64,000 nucleotides of DNA from Balamuthia mandrillaris (taxonomy: Eukaryota). The translations under genes were made by a program, and so were the position numbers. The stretch is taken from assembly GCA_031835245.2 (NCBI GenBank), contig JAVKOQ020000024.1, positions 186,001 to 250,000 of the forward strand, given 5' to 3'. The notes beneath the pieces are model-generated. The model did no database searches and had not been told where the DNA came from. It saw only the letters and a list, made by a program, of their open reading frames with translations. Shown here piece after piece: positions 50,858 through 62,756 of this stretch. How positions within the stretch are numbered: the stretch's first letter is position 1; each line of letters starts with the position of its first letter.

Positions 50858-52198
50858 ATGATGATGAAACGCGAACCAACGGATGCAGCAGCGCAGCAGC
50901 CGCCCCAACACCCACCCCCTCCTCACCACCTCCACTTTGGCACCGCCTATGAGGAAATAGACGAAGCCCAGCTGTCGCTGCAGGCGTTGCTGCGCGACAT
51001 GCCGTGGAGCCTCCAGTCCAAGCTCAACAAGCTCAACAACGTGTCCACCGCCGAAGATCTGCTGAAGGTCGGGCGAGGCGCGCTGCAGGCCGCCACAGGG
51101 ATGACCAAGGATGAGATAGCCTCCGTGCTGCACCTCGTCAGCGCCCCCTTGGCCCCAACGCCTCGCACAGCCTTGGATTGGATGCTCTCCCCTTCCTCTG
51201 CTTCTTCCACAGACCAAGCGGCAGCCAAGGGTTTACACCAACGACTCTCTACAGGGTGTCCTCGCCTGGACGAGGTGCTGGGCGGCGGCTTTCTCACGCG
51301 ACAGCTCACGGAGATAGCGGGGGAGAGCGGCAGCGGCAAGACTCAGCTCTGCCTCCAGGCGTGCCTGCAGGTGCAAGCCTCCCTGCAGGAAGGCGGGCTG
51401 GCCGGGGCCGCTCTCTACGTGGCCACCGAACCCAACCAAAAGCTCTACACCACCCGCCTGTTGGGCCTGCTGGAGGAGAACCCCAGGTGGCAGCGCAGCC
51501 AGGTCGTCACGCACACCGCAGGGACGGAGGAGGAGGAGGGCGACCCCTTGCAACACGTCATCTTTTATAACTGCAAGAGCTTGGCGCAGCTGTGGCGGCT
51601 GTTGTTGACGGAGCTGGCCTCGCTGATCCCGGCGCGGCACGTGCGCTTGTTGGTCATTGACTCCATTGCGGCGTTGTACAGGGAGGACTTTGGGACGGAC
51701 CAAACGGCGGAACGGGCCAGAGTCCTGTTCTCGCATGCAGCTCTGCTCAAGCAAATCGCGGACAACTTCAACATGGTGGTGCTTGTGGTCAACCAAGTGT
51801 CAGCCTATTTTCCTTCTTCTTCCTCCACTCTTGGAACAACCTCCTTCTTTGATCTCTCCAGTGCTTCGCCATCTTCATCTTCCAAGGTGGTGCCTGCATT
51901 GGGGTTGGCTTGGTCCAATTGTATCAACGTTCGTCTCTTGTGCAGCAAAACCTCACGTTCTGTCTCCTCAACCAGTTCTTGTTCCTCCTCCTCCTCCTCC
52001 TCGTTCAAACGTCCTCGAAGAGCTGCTTCTAAAGAAGCAGATAATAACGAAGAACAGAACCGGCGGAGAAGCGGTGGAGGGCCAGGTGTAGTCAAGCTAC
52101 GGGAGCTTCGAGTGGTGCATGCTCCTCACCTTCCATCTTCTTCTTCGACCTTCTTTACCATCGAGGCACCAGGCGTCAGAGCTTACCTCGCCGCCTGA
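50858..52198 (+). CDS. XRCC3: RAD51 paralog XRCC3, intronless
   Basis: LSTGCPRLDEVLGGG, Walker A GESGSGKTQ, Walker B LLVIDSIAALYR, VVNQV, PALGLAWSNCINVRL and RVVHAPHLP. Confidence 0.88.
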   Translation: MMMKREPTDAAAQQPPQHPPPPHHLHFGTAYEEIDEAQLSLQALLRDMPWSLQSKLNKLNNVSTAEDLLKVGRGALQAATGMTKDEIASVLHLVSAPLAPTPRTALDWMLSPSSASSTDQAAAKGLHQRLSTGCPRLDEVLGGGFLTRQLTEIAGESGSGKTQLCLQACLQVQASLQEGGLAGAALYVATEPNQKLYTTRLLGLLEENPRWQRSQVVTHTAGTEEEEGDPLQHVIFYNCKSLAQLWRLLLTELASLIPARHVRLLVIDSIAALYREDFGTDQTAERARVLFSHAALLKQIADNFNMVVLVVNQVSAYFPSSSSTLGTTSFFDLSSASPSSSSKVVPALGLAWSNCINVRLLCSKTSRSVSSTSSCSSSSSSSFKRPRRAASKEADNNEEQNRRRSGGGPGVVKLRELRVVHAPHLPSSSSTFFTIEAPGVRAYLAA

Positions 52199-52292
52199 CC
52201 AAAACCATTTTGGGGAGGAGGTTCAACAGCAAAACGAAGAAGAAGCAGAAGATAATGTGCAAAACAAAAAAGAAAAAGAAACAACGAAGTTG

Positions 52293-52362
52293 GGGCGCTG
52301 CCCGGAATCGAACCGGGCTCTCCTGCACCAAAGCAAGCATTTTACCACTGAACTACAGCGCC
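52293..52362 (-). tRNA. tRNA-like gene, probably tRNA-Pro(UGG)-derived, with a 6-nt anticodon loop
   Basis: Folds as GGCGCTG TA GTTC AGTGGTA AAAT G CTTGC TTTGGT GCAGG AGAG CCCGG TTCGATT CCGGG CAGCGCC C. It has a 7-bp acceptor stem, intact A and B boxes, a C discriminator and downstream T-runs. Confidence 0.8.
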
Positions 52363-52666
52363 TTGTGTCCCGCCGGCAGGATGGACCGTTACAAGCTTCG
52401 GTGGTGGTAAAATGATTGTCCGCTTTCACCCCCTGTGGACACTTTTCGGCCGCGTCCACGTGGACCGCCCCAAAATATTTTTTCCGTGAAATCTCTGGTG
52501 ACGTCATACCTCTCTCCATCCTCTCTCACGTCTTCACCTTATACCATGACGACATGAAAAATTAGTACGCGCAACCCCACACAACCCCCAAACACAAACC
52601 ACACCCCCCCACCCCCACCCCCCAGCCAAAAAAAATAAAACGAAAAAGAAGAAAGAAGAAAGAAAA

Positions 52667-55600
52667 ATGCTGGAGTGCTTGGTGCAGGTGCAGGAGGACG
52701 ACGAAGGCAACATACCTCATGGAGAAGGGCTGGACGCCATCCTGCCCCCGCCAGGCACCGCCTGGCAGCGCCGTCTTGACAACCCCCTGCAACGCACCCT
52801 CAAGCCTTCCTCCTCCGCCGCCCCCTCGCCCTCCAACCTCCTCAAGGAGGGCCTCTGGAAGAGCCTCCGTCTTTGGAGCCATCAGAGAAGGGTGCAGCAA
52901 GGGGCTGGAGGAGGAGGAGGAGGGGGAGGCCTCCTCTCGGCAGCAGCGGACAAAGGCGTGCCCTTGGGCGGACTGGGCTGTGGCGCCATGACACGCGGCT
53001 GGCGTGGCGATTGGTTCTCCTTCTCTCACTCGCTTCACCCTTGGCTCTCCTCCTCCTCCTCCTCCTCCTCGAATAACACGATCACAGCCAATCAGTTTTC
53101 TGTTTGGTTGAAACGTGTTCCCAAAGCAGCATCAGAGGAAGAAGAAGAGGAAGAAGAAGGCAGTGAAGAAGAACAGAAAGAACGAAGAGCAGAGGCCATG
53201 GTGTTGAACCCGAGGGAGGCGCCGAGGGGGAGCCTGCAGGATTGGAACTGGGGCTTGATCGGGGAGGACAGCTACTACACGGCGTTGTTCCCCAGGGCCT
53301 GGACCATTTATGAGGAGCCCGACGAGGACCTTCGTCTTGTTTGTAGGCAGATCTCTCCTGTACGTCCCTTTTTATTTTTTCCTTTTCTTTTTTCTTTTTT
53401 CTTTTTCGTTTTTTTCTTTTTCTTTTTTTCTTTTTCTTTTTCTTTTTTCTTTTTTTTTTCTTTTTTCTTTTTTTTCTTTTTTCTTTTTCTTTTTTTTTCT
53501 TTTTTCTTTTTTCTTTCTTTTTCGTTTATTTTTTCTTTTCTTTGGCTCTTTTGCGTTTCGAAGAAGCTTTCCTCAACTTTCCGCTTTCAACCCTGCTGAA
53601 ACACAAAATGAATCACAGGTCATTCCACACAACTACAGGGATAGCAGTCTTCCGGTGTCGGTCTTCGTGTGGACCATCACAAACCTGCATTCCAAAGAAG
53701 CAGCGGAGGTCTCTCTCATGTTCACTTTCCAGAATGGCAGCGGCGCTTCTTCTGATGCTGCTGGCGGCCACCTTCATAGAACTTTTCAGATCCCTGTTCC
53801 TTCTTCTTCTGCTTCTTCTTCTTTGTCTGATGGTTTGTTTTTTCTTTTTTCTTTTTCTTTACCCTCCCATCCTACTAGTGCTAACAAACTGCCATAACAA
53901 ATCTCAAAAGACTCGGAAGCACAAACAAAACCATGTAACTTCGAAGGGGTAGAAATGTTGCATCGAACTAACGACGAGGACTGTCCATTGTCCTTCGCCA
54001 TAGCCACAACAACAGGTCCCGACAGACAAGTAAGCTTCTGTCCTTCCTTCGAGACGAACAGCTCCGGCAAAGAACTATGGCAATCCTTCTCTTACAATGG
54101 CACTCTTCCTGAAATGTTCCCTTCTTCCTCTTCGTCTACTGCATCGTTCAACAAATGGACTTCTCCTTCGAAAACGGGAACGACTGTAGGAGGCGCCATT
54201 GCCGTGAAGCTTAAAGTGGAACCTGGCAAGAGCAACGAGATTGTGTTCGCACTAACTTGGGACTCCCCCAACGTTCGTCTCTCCAGAGACTCTGCTCTTC
54301 ACGAACGTTATTACACTCGCTTCACTGGTGCTTTTTCTCCTTCTCCTTTCCCGAACAGAGAGGGAGTAGTTGCATCGATGGCGGTGGAAGCATTAACGGA
54401 ATGGAAAAGTTGGGAGCAACAAATAGAAGCATGGCAGAATCCCGTGTTGAAGGATGAGAATTTGCCTTCTTGGTTCAAGTGCGCCCTATTCAACGAGCTG
54501 TATTACTTAGCGGCTGGTGGTAGTGTGTGGATTTCCTCTTCCTCTTCTTCGCCGTCGCTTTCTTCCTCAGGAAAAGGTGAAGCAAGTAACTTAGAAGAAG
54601 AGAAAAAAGAAAAAGAAAAAGCAACAGGAGAACCACTCGAAGAACGCAGCAAACCGCATCCACCTCTTCAAACCGATGTGGGTCGTTTCTTGTACTTGGA
54701 AGGAGGATTCCAGGAGCGGCTTCCTCTCTACAACACCTACGACTCTCACTTCTACGCCAGTTTTGCTCTCTGCATGTTATGGCCCTCCCTAGAACTCTCT
54801 CTTCAACGCGAAGTAGCCTCTTGGGTCCCACGCGAGCTCAGCCATCTTCCTTTCAAAGCAGTACACGACGGCAAGTTGGTGCAGAAAAGAAAAGTGATGG
54901 GAGCTGTTCCTCATGACATGGGCTCTCCTTCTCTTCAAGGAGGAGAAGAGGCCCCTATAAATGCACACATCATGCACGACACCTCTCGACGCAAAGATCT
55001 CAACTCCAAGTTCGTGCTGCAGGTTTATAGAGACTTTGTCTTCACCGGCGACAAGCTGTTCTTGAGAGAAGTCTGGCCCGCTGTTCGTAACGCATTAGAA
55101 TACCTTCAAGGCCGCTTCGACAAAGATGGAGATGGCATGATCGAGAACGAAGGTGGAGAAGCGGATCAAGGTTATGAAGGGTGGTCGTCGGAAGGCGTTT
55201 CTGCGTACACCGGCGGGCTTTGGTTGGCTGCTTTGGCAGCAGCAACTGCCATCGCTCGAACTCTTTTGGACGAAGAACAAGAAGGAGAAGAACAAGAAGA
55301 ATTGCAGAATCTCGTTCAACACTATCAAGAAAGGTTAGACAAAGCCACTCGCGTCTACGAAGCAAAGCTTTGGAAGGCAGAAGAAAAAGGAGAAGGAGAA
55401 GAAGGAGGGTATTACAGGTTTAACGAGACAAGTTATAACAACGGAGGAGATAGCGTAATGGCGGATCAGATGGCGGGGCAGTGGTATGCTCGCGCTTGTG
55501 GATTGCCGACGTTGTTGCCGCCAGCGCGAGTGCTTGCTGCTTTGAAGACCGTCTACAAGCTCAACGTGTTGGGACACGACAGAGGCAAGCGAGGGGCCAT

Positions 55601-56156
55601 CAACGCCATGCGCCCTGATGGCAGCATCGATACCTCTTGCTCACCGGTTCGTTCTTCTCCCCTTTCTTCTCCCTTCTTTCTCTGCACTTCTTTCGTTCGA
55701 CATCGTCTGATGAAAACCTCCAAAAAAAAAAAGTCATCCGAGGTCTGGCCAGGCGTCTGCTTCGCTCTGTCGGCGTGCATGTTGCAGGAAGGCATGCCGG
55801 AGGAGTGTTTCCGCACGGCCCACGGCACGTACCGCACCATCTACCACGATTGGGGCTTCTGGTTCCAAACGCCAGAGGCCTGGGAATGCGTCGGGCGGGC
55901 GGCGGGATGCCACCGAGCGCTGGCGAGCATGAGAGGTCTCTCCGTGTGGGCCGTTTATTGGGCGTATTTGCTGCGTTGCGCAAGCTTTGATGCCAGGCGC
56001 ATCTACCTTCTCTCCGTGACACCCGGCCAGAACAAGAAGCAGCAGAAGAAGAAGAGGCATGACGACAAAGGAAAAGAAAAAGAACAAGAAAAAGAAAAGC
56101 AAAAGGAAGAGGAAGAGGAAGAAGAAGAGGAAGAGAAAGAAGAACATAATGTATAG
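52667..56156 (+). CDS. GBA2: GH116 non-lysosomal glucosylceramidase-like protein
   Basis: Motifs GVPLGGLGCG, ALFPRAWTIYE, CRQISP|VIPHNYRDSSLPV, LFNELYYL, GRFLYLEG, YNTYD.HFYAS, PHDMG, KDLNSKFVLQVYRD, DGDGMIEN, MADQMAGQWY, SEVW and FQTPEA. Confidence 0.93.
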
Positions 56157-56481
56157 AGCGAAGAAGAGGATGTACAGAGAAGAAAAGGTTGTTTAAACGT
56201 GTAGAAAGCTGTTTTTGTATTTCTTTCGTTTTGTGCTAGAAAGAAATATATTCAACAAGAAGAGTTCATCTATCTTTTTTTTTAAAGGTTGTTTATAAGA
56301 CAAAAAAGAGTTAATACAAACAAAAGCAACAGTAGATAGAAAGGAAAAAAAGAGAACGAACGACAACAGTAGTCGTCGCTGTTGTCTTCAAAAGTAACGT
56401 GACTACTGCCGCCATTTTTTTCTCGCACGGATCGGCAATCCCAGCTGAACAGTTTTGATATTACGGTAATGAACTGTTTTA

Positions 56482-56596
56482 TTACCAAAGTTTAGCACCG
56501 GATTGCTTTAGCTTCACCTCTGTTAAACAAAAAAAAAAGGTCAGGGAGTTGGAAGAGCATGATGCTTAAGAGAATAAAGGAGTAGACCGAAAGAAG

Positions 56597-56641
<45 letters not shown>

Positions 56642-57378
56642 CGCCAAGGAGCAGCAGGGGTCTCAGCAGCACCACCACCGGGAGGAGGTCTGGCCGCAGC
56701 AGGCGAACGCCCCGCAGCAGGACTGGCACCACTGCTAGGCACGCCAACACCACTGAGGGGTCGAGCAGGTGGAGCCGGCTTTGCAGCAACCGCAGGAGCA
56801 GGAGCACCTCCACCAGGCGTAGGCGTCAACGAGTTCCTATTTTCTCTCGGAGGAGGAGACGGGGAGGTCGCAGTCGGGCGAGCAGAGGCAACGGGAGCAG
56901 CCACAGGAGGGGTACGGGTCGGAGGCAATGAGGTACGCGTGCCGGCGGCAGGTGGGGCAGTGGAGGGGGTGGCGGAGACGCTGCCGTCGGCGGGCAGCCT
57001 CTTAAGGATGGCGCGCGTCCTCTTGACAATCTCGTTGAAAGCGGGTCTGCTCTCCGGCTCGTACTGGCAGCAATCAAGGACCAGCTGGTAAAGCTCCTTA
57101 GGGCAGTCGGGGGGGATCAAGGCCTCCAGCTTCTTCGTATCCAGGCTGAATGCCTCCAGGGCAGAGCGTTGCAGCTCCGTGGAGATCTTCTTGCGGGTCA
57201 TAATCTCGCAGAGGACAATGCCGTAGGAGAAGACGTCCACCTTGTTCGTATATTGTTGGCCGAGGATCATCTCGGGGGCCATCCACTCGTCTGTGCCGCA
57301 GAGAGTCATTGGGCGATTCGTCATTGTGCGAGCAAATCTGTGGTTGTTTTTTGATAGAAGAGCATGTCAGAAGAAGCG

Positions 57379-57413
<35 letters not shown>

Positions 57414-57702
57414 CGATGAAACATACCCGAAATCACACACTTTCACTTTCCAGTTGTCATCTAGACAAGAGAGAGGATTTGTAAGCATGAACAGAAATAT
57501 TTAGGAGAAAAGGGACCAAAGCTTAACGCACCAACAAGCAAATTCTTGCTCTTAAGATCTCTGTGAATAACGCTTCGTGAGTGGAGGTAAGCCATAGCGC
57601 AGGCAATATCGTAAGCTATCTTTACACGAAGATACCAACTCATATCGAGGGTTGTGTCCTTCAGAAAACCACCTTTTAAATGACAGGCGTACGATAAGAA
57701 CC

Positions 57703-57756
<54 letters not shown>

Positions 57757-58440
57757 AAAGACAAAGAAGAGAGACAACGCCGAAGGAAAAACAAAGCGGA
57801 GCATTTGAAAAAAGCATACGTAAGTCTCCATGCTTCACGAACTCCGTGATAAGAAGAAGACCGCCGGAGGCCAACTGACAAATGCCGATAAAAGTGACGA
57901 TGTTGGGGTGCCGCATCCCTCTGTTGTACAGACAGACATGGTTAGAAATAACAAAAAAAAAGAAGAGGGAGAAAACGTGAAACGTACTTCATCACGTTGA
58001 CTTCACGTTCAAGGTAACTATTGATAGCAAGTTTTAGATTAGTGTCTCCACCAATTGTTGCAGAGAGAGAGAGAGAGAGAGGAGAGAGAACAGAGGAGGG
58101 GGAGAGAGAGGTATAACAAAATAAATAGAGGAAATGGAAAAGAGAGAGAGAGAGAGAGAGAGAGACGACAGAGGAGAAAGAGAGAGAGAGAGAGAGCGCG
58201 CAGAAGGAATATATTTTTCGTTGGTGTCAAAACGTACAGCAAGGCGTCGGGGTCTTCGTCCAAGTTGCACGAGATCTTCTTGATGGCGACCTCCGTGCCA
58301 AAGTAAGTGCCCTTGTAAACGCAGCCAAAGGAACCTCTGCCTATTTCCTCCTCAATCTCGAGGTCTTCATAGTTGATGTTCCACGCCTCGTCCAAGTTCA
58401 GGATGAGACCCTCCGGAATAAAGCCTTCTTCTCCTTCCAT
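56482..58440 (-). CDS. Tyrosine-kinase-like (TKL) kinase, LISK (LIMK/TESK-like) type, with Pro/Ala-rich tail
   Basis: Motifs IGRGSFGCVY, VAIKKI, RHPNIV, IHRDLKSKNLL, VCDFG, CGTDEWMAPE and DVFSYGIVLCEI. The last exon (56519-56482) gives PWQVKLKQSGAKLW*. Confidence 0.88.
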
Positions 58441-59181
58441 TTGCCGATTTATTTATTCTTTAGTCGACGTCAAAGTTGTTCTATTTTTTTTTCGGGATCA
58501 AAAAAATATAAACAAAAATGAAAAAGTTTTTTGCATTAGTTTTTTTTTGTGTGTGTGTGTGGCGTAGTGGTGGATTAAAAAGTAGGGAAGATGAAGAAAG
58601 GAGGGGAAAGAGAAAAAAAAAACGTACCGTTGGGGGAAAAAAAAAAAACGGATCGCCTCCTGTTGTTGTTGTTGCTATGCTAACCCGAAGAGATGCTCCT
58701 TTCTGTTTGTTGTTTGTTTGCAAAGCGGCCTCCTCGTTGGTGTAGTAGCGTGTTCTGCGCCACCTTTTTTTTTTTGTTTTGTTCTTTGCTCTTCTCTACT
58801 CTCTCTCTCTCCAATAAAGAACAGCTAGCTCTCGCTACTCTTTTTTTTTTTTTTCGTCGTTTGGTCCAAAAGTTCAAAAAAACAACACACACACCAGAGC
58901 GTGCACGAATGAAAAATAATACCACACCCCCAAAGCAAAAAGTGTAAAAATTACATTGTCGACATTTATTGCCGGACCACAAATATTTGTCGTTCGATCG
59001 GAGATTTTACAGGGGGAGGGCCAATAGGAAAACAGATATTTTCGTGACGACGTGAAAATTTAGAAGAGATCGATCGGAAATAAGAACTTCGGGGCAATAA
59101 ATATTAGAATTATCGATGATAAAAATAAAAAATATTCGGATGGAAAGCAAGAGAGAGACACGCGCAGAGCCACGGCGGCGC

Positions 59182-60362
59182 TCAAGCAGAAGTCTTTTTG
59201 GTGTTGCCCTGCTTGTAAAAGTTGACGAGGTACTTGAACCGCTCCACGCACTCCTTCTTGCTCTTGCCAGGCACCGCCGCTGCGATGTTGTCCCAACGTT
59301 GCTTGCCCTCGCTGGCCGGATGCACCTTGAGCGCCTCCTCCAATGCCTTTTGTTGCTCTTGACTCCAAACGCTCTCCTTTTCCTGTATACTCATCGCGTT
59401 CAGAAGGACACGAAACACTAAACATAAAATGAGAATAAAAAAAGGAAGGTACCTTCTTTGCCGTTGTTGCAGCAGCGGCGGTAGCGGGAGAGGCAGACGC
59501 TGCGGCAGGCGCTTTCGTTTGTGCTGGGGAGGAAGCAGCAGCAGGGGAAGCGGCAGCTTTTGAAGATGGAGAAGGAGCAACGGAAGCAGCAGAGCCAGAA
59601 GCGGATGCAGCAGGAACGGGAGCATCCCAACGTACGGAAATGTTGCCATTCATATCCGCCAATGGAGCCACCGATGGCGAAGCAGAAACAGATGGGCCAA
59701 CGGCCGAAGCGAGAGTGGCCACGTCGGTGGCCTCCTTCAACTGCGCCGTCTTCATGATGACCTCCTTCACCGCTCTCTTGTACTTGCTGCCGCTCTTCTC
59801 GTTGATGAATTGCGTGATGAGGCGCCAGCGATTGGAGGTGGCTCCAGGGAACTTAGCCGAACCCTGTGCCAACAGGGAGAGCTCTTCCTCCGTCCATGGA
59901 GGAGTGGCGCTCTTCTGTTGTTGTTGCTTCCGTTGTTGTTGCTCCTGTTGCTCCGTCTCCCGTTCGAGCAGCCGAACTTCTTCTCGATAGGCTGCCTCTG
60001 CTGCGGCTGCTTGTTCAGAGGAAGAAGCATCATTGATAGTCATGGCGGTGCAGAGGGAGCGGAGACGAGGAAGAGAGAGACGAGAGCAGAGAGCCTCAAG
60101 GTCGTTTTCTTCAAAGGAGAAACCGGCTGACTTAACTAACTTACGGAGATTCGTTCGGTACTTGCGGAGAGCCTTGGCTGTTCGTTTGCGTTCTGCTGCG
60201 GCCTGTATTTTTTGGTTCAGTTTAAAAGAATGCCAATACTTAAACAAAAGAAAGATAAGAAAACAAACCTCCTCTGCTTTAGCTTTTTCTTCACGTTCTT
60301 TGCGTTCTTGCTCTTCTCTGGCTTTTCTTGCTTCCTATTTTGAAGCCAAAAGACAAAGTGAG

Positions 60363-60402
<40 letters not shown>

Positions 60403-62327
60403 GACAAAAACGAACGAAACATCGTAAGAAAGAAAATTTGCTACGAACCTCTTCAGCTTGGCGACGAGCAGCTTCATGACGGGCTTCTCTCTCCCGTCGC
60501 TTTTTCTCTTTCAGCTCCTCTTTTTGCCTTTTCACGCGAGGATCTCTTTTATATGCCGTCTCTGTAAATGTAACACAAAGCAAACATTAGATTCTAAACT
60601 TTGGTCCTTGTCTCTTCTGCCCTTTTTCTCACTTCTCATCTGAGGATAGGCTGAATAAACAAAGTGATAACGAACCTACTAGGGTATTGATGCGGACAAC
60701 CTCTTGCTTTTTGCGTTTCGTTCTTTCCTTGAGATTCTGTCTTTCCATCCATCTTTTCTCTTCTCGGGACTCTGCGTCATTCGGATCATACTCGTCCAAA
60801 TAAGAAAAATCGCGCCACGAGTTGAAGTGGAACCAATACTCATAAAATGCTTCCACTTTTTCGAAGGGAGTCTTGTCATCTCCCAACTGAGGAGCATTAC
60901 CATCACTCGCCCATCTGTCAACAAAAGTGAGAATAAGAGCAGAGAGAACAAAGTTAGAAATGAAAGCTAGGCAAAGGAAAAAAAAAGAACAAAAACAAAG
61001 AGGACGAAAGAAATGACGAATAAATATACAGAAGAACAAAGAAGCTAACCTTGAGTTGCGAGCAAAGACAGGACCAAAGAGATCATAGAAATCAGCGGTG
61101 CTAAAGTGAGGTGTGTTGGCAGCGGTAGGAATGGTATCATCAAAGGTAACGTTTTGGGAGTCATAAGCTCTTCGTTTGTTTGGGTCGCTCAATGTCTCGT
61201 ATGCTATTGACAGAAATAGAGTGTTAGTCAAAATAGAGACTGGTGGAAAAATGCATCGGCTCTCCATTCTCTCCTCTTCACGATGCCTTATTTTTTTGTC
61301 TTTGTTTCTTCTCGTCCATGAAAAAAAAAAAAATGGAGTACCTTTAGTGATAGCTTTAAACATAGTGTCATCCTCCGCATCCGGCTCTCCGCTGCCCACT
61401 TTCTTGTCAGGATGATGTGCCAACACCGACTTACGATCTTTCAAAAAAAAAAAAACATACACATGGTGAGTCCACCATTCAGAAGAAAAAACAGAAATGA
61501 AGCAAAAAATAAAGGAGAAGAAGAGAAGAACAGTGAACGAAGAACGATGAAAGGAGAGTGAAGAAAGGACTGAGAAGAAAGAAGACAGCGCGGGAAGAAC
61601 AAAGACAGAAGATGAAGGAAAGAAATAAAGAAGTAAAGCACCATGGATAAAGGAAAGGAGAAACACGAATAACAGAAGAAACAAGGCGACAACAGCTAAC
61701 AGCGAGAAGAGGTCGAGAGAGGAGGGAACAAAGAACGAAACAAAAAAAAACAGCAAGACCACGCAAACAGAACGTACAAGCTTTCTTGATCTCCTCCGCA
61801 GTGGCCAAATAGCCTCTATGAGCAATGCCAAGGATCTCATAATAGTCCTCCGTGACCTGCTGCAGCTTCTTCTTCTTTGCGTTCCTAAACTTGGCGTCCT
61901 CCTTGTCCTCCTCCTGTTGCGCGCCACCGGTGGCGGTCGGCGAAGAAGCGGATCCCTCTTGCTCCTCCCCATTGGGTTCGGCCAAATGAGGGAACATGCT
62001 CCGGTAGAGCCGCTTCTCAAACTCCAGCCCGGCGGGATCCATGCGCAGCTGGTAAATCTCCAACTTGAAAGGTCCCCATCCTAAGCGGGTGAGAGAGAGC
62101 AGAGAGCATAGCAGAGGGAGAGGGAGGCAGCGAACGATCCAAATCAATCGATGAATAACAAAGAATTCTTCCGGGGGAAAAATAGAGAAGAAAGAGAGAG
62201 GGAAAAAAAAGGTACCTGAGAGAGGAGACACTACGGTTCGTTGACCGTCGAAAGAGCTGGGAGGGGCTTCCAGGCACAAGGCAGGGCGCCAAAACTGCCA
62301 TGTCATCCGCTCTACGCGCTGCAGCAT
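59182..62327 (-). CDS. DNAJC2: Zuotin-related J-protein DNAJC2/MPP11 with two SANT domains
   Basis: J-domain DYYEILG...HHPDK...AYETLSDP. Zuotin region FYEYWFHFNSWRDFSYLDEYD...ESREEKRWMERQN and DPRV. SANT repeats WTEEELSLL..KFPG..RW and WSQEQQKALE..RWDNIAAAVPGKSKKECVERFK. Confidence 0.93.
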
Positions 62328-62570
62328 TCCTTTTCTTTTCTTTTCTTTCTTCTTTCTTTCTTTTATTTAATTTGTTCCAATTATTATGAATGTAAATCGA
62401 TAATCAGAAGATAAATTCTACTGGTATGATAATTTTGAAAATGTTGAATTGGATTCGATTATTATTGTCGGCATAAAAGAAAGAAAACGAGCAGACGAAG
62501 AATAAGAAGAGAGAAGGGAAGGAGAGTGGAGTGGAGAGTTTTTTTTTCCCTGTGGTCGGTGTAGGATACA

Positions 62571-62722
62571 ATGAATGTTGGAAGTAATGCAGGTATGAAT
62601 GGTACGTTACTCGAAAGAGAAATCACACTTTATTCTCTTTGTGGTTTTTCTTTCTTTTTCTTTTTTTGAAAACATCAGCCTGATTGATTTCCAAAATAAA
62701 CGATTTGCTTATCTCTCTCTCT

Positions 62723-62756
<34 letters not shown>

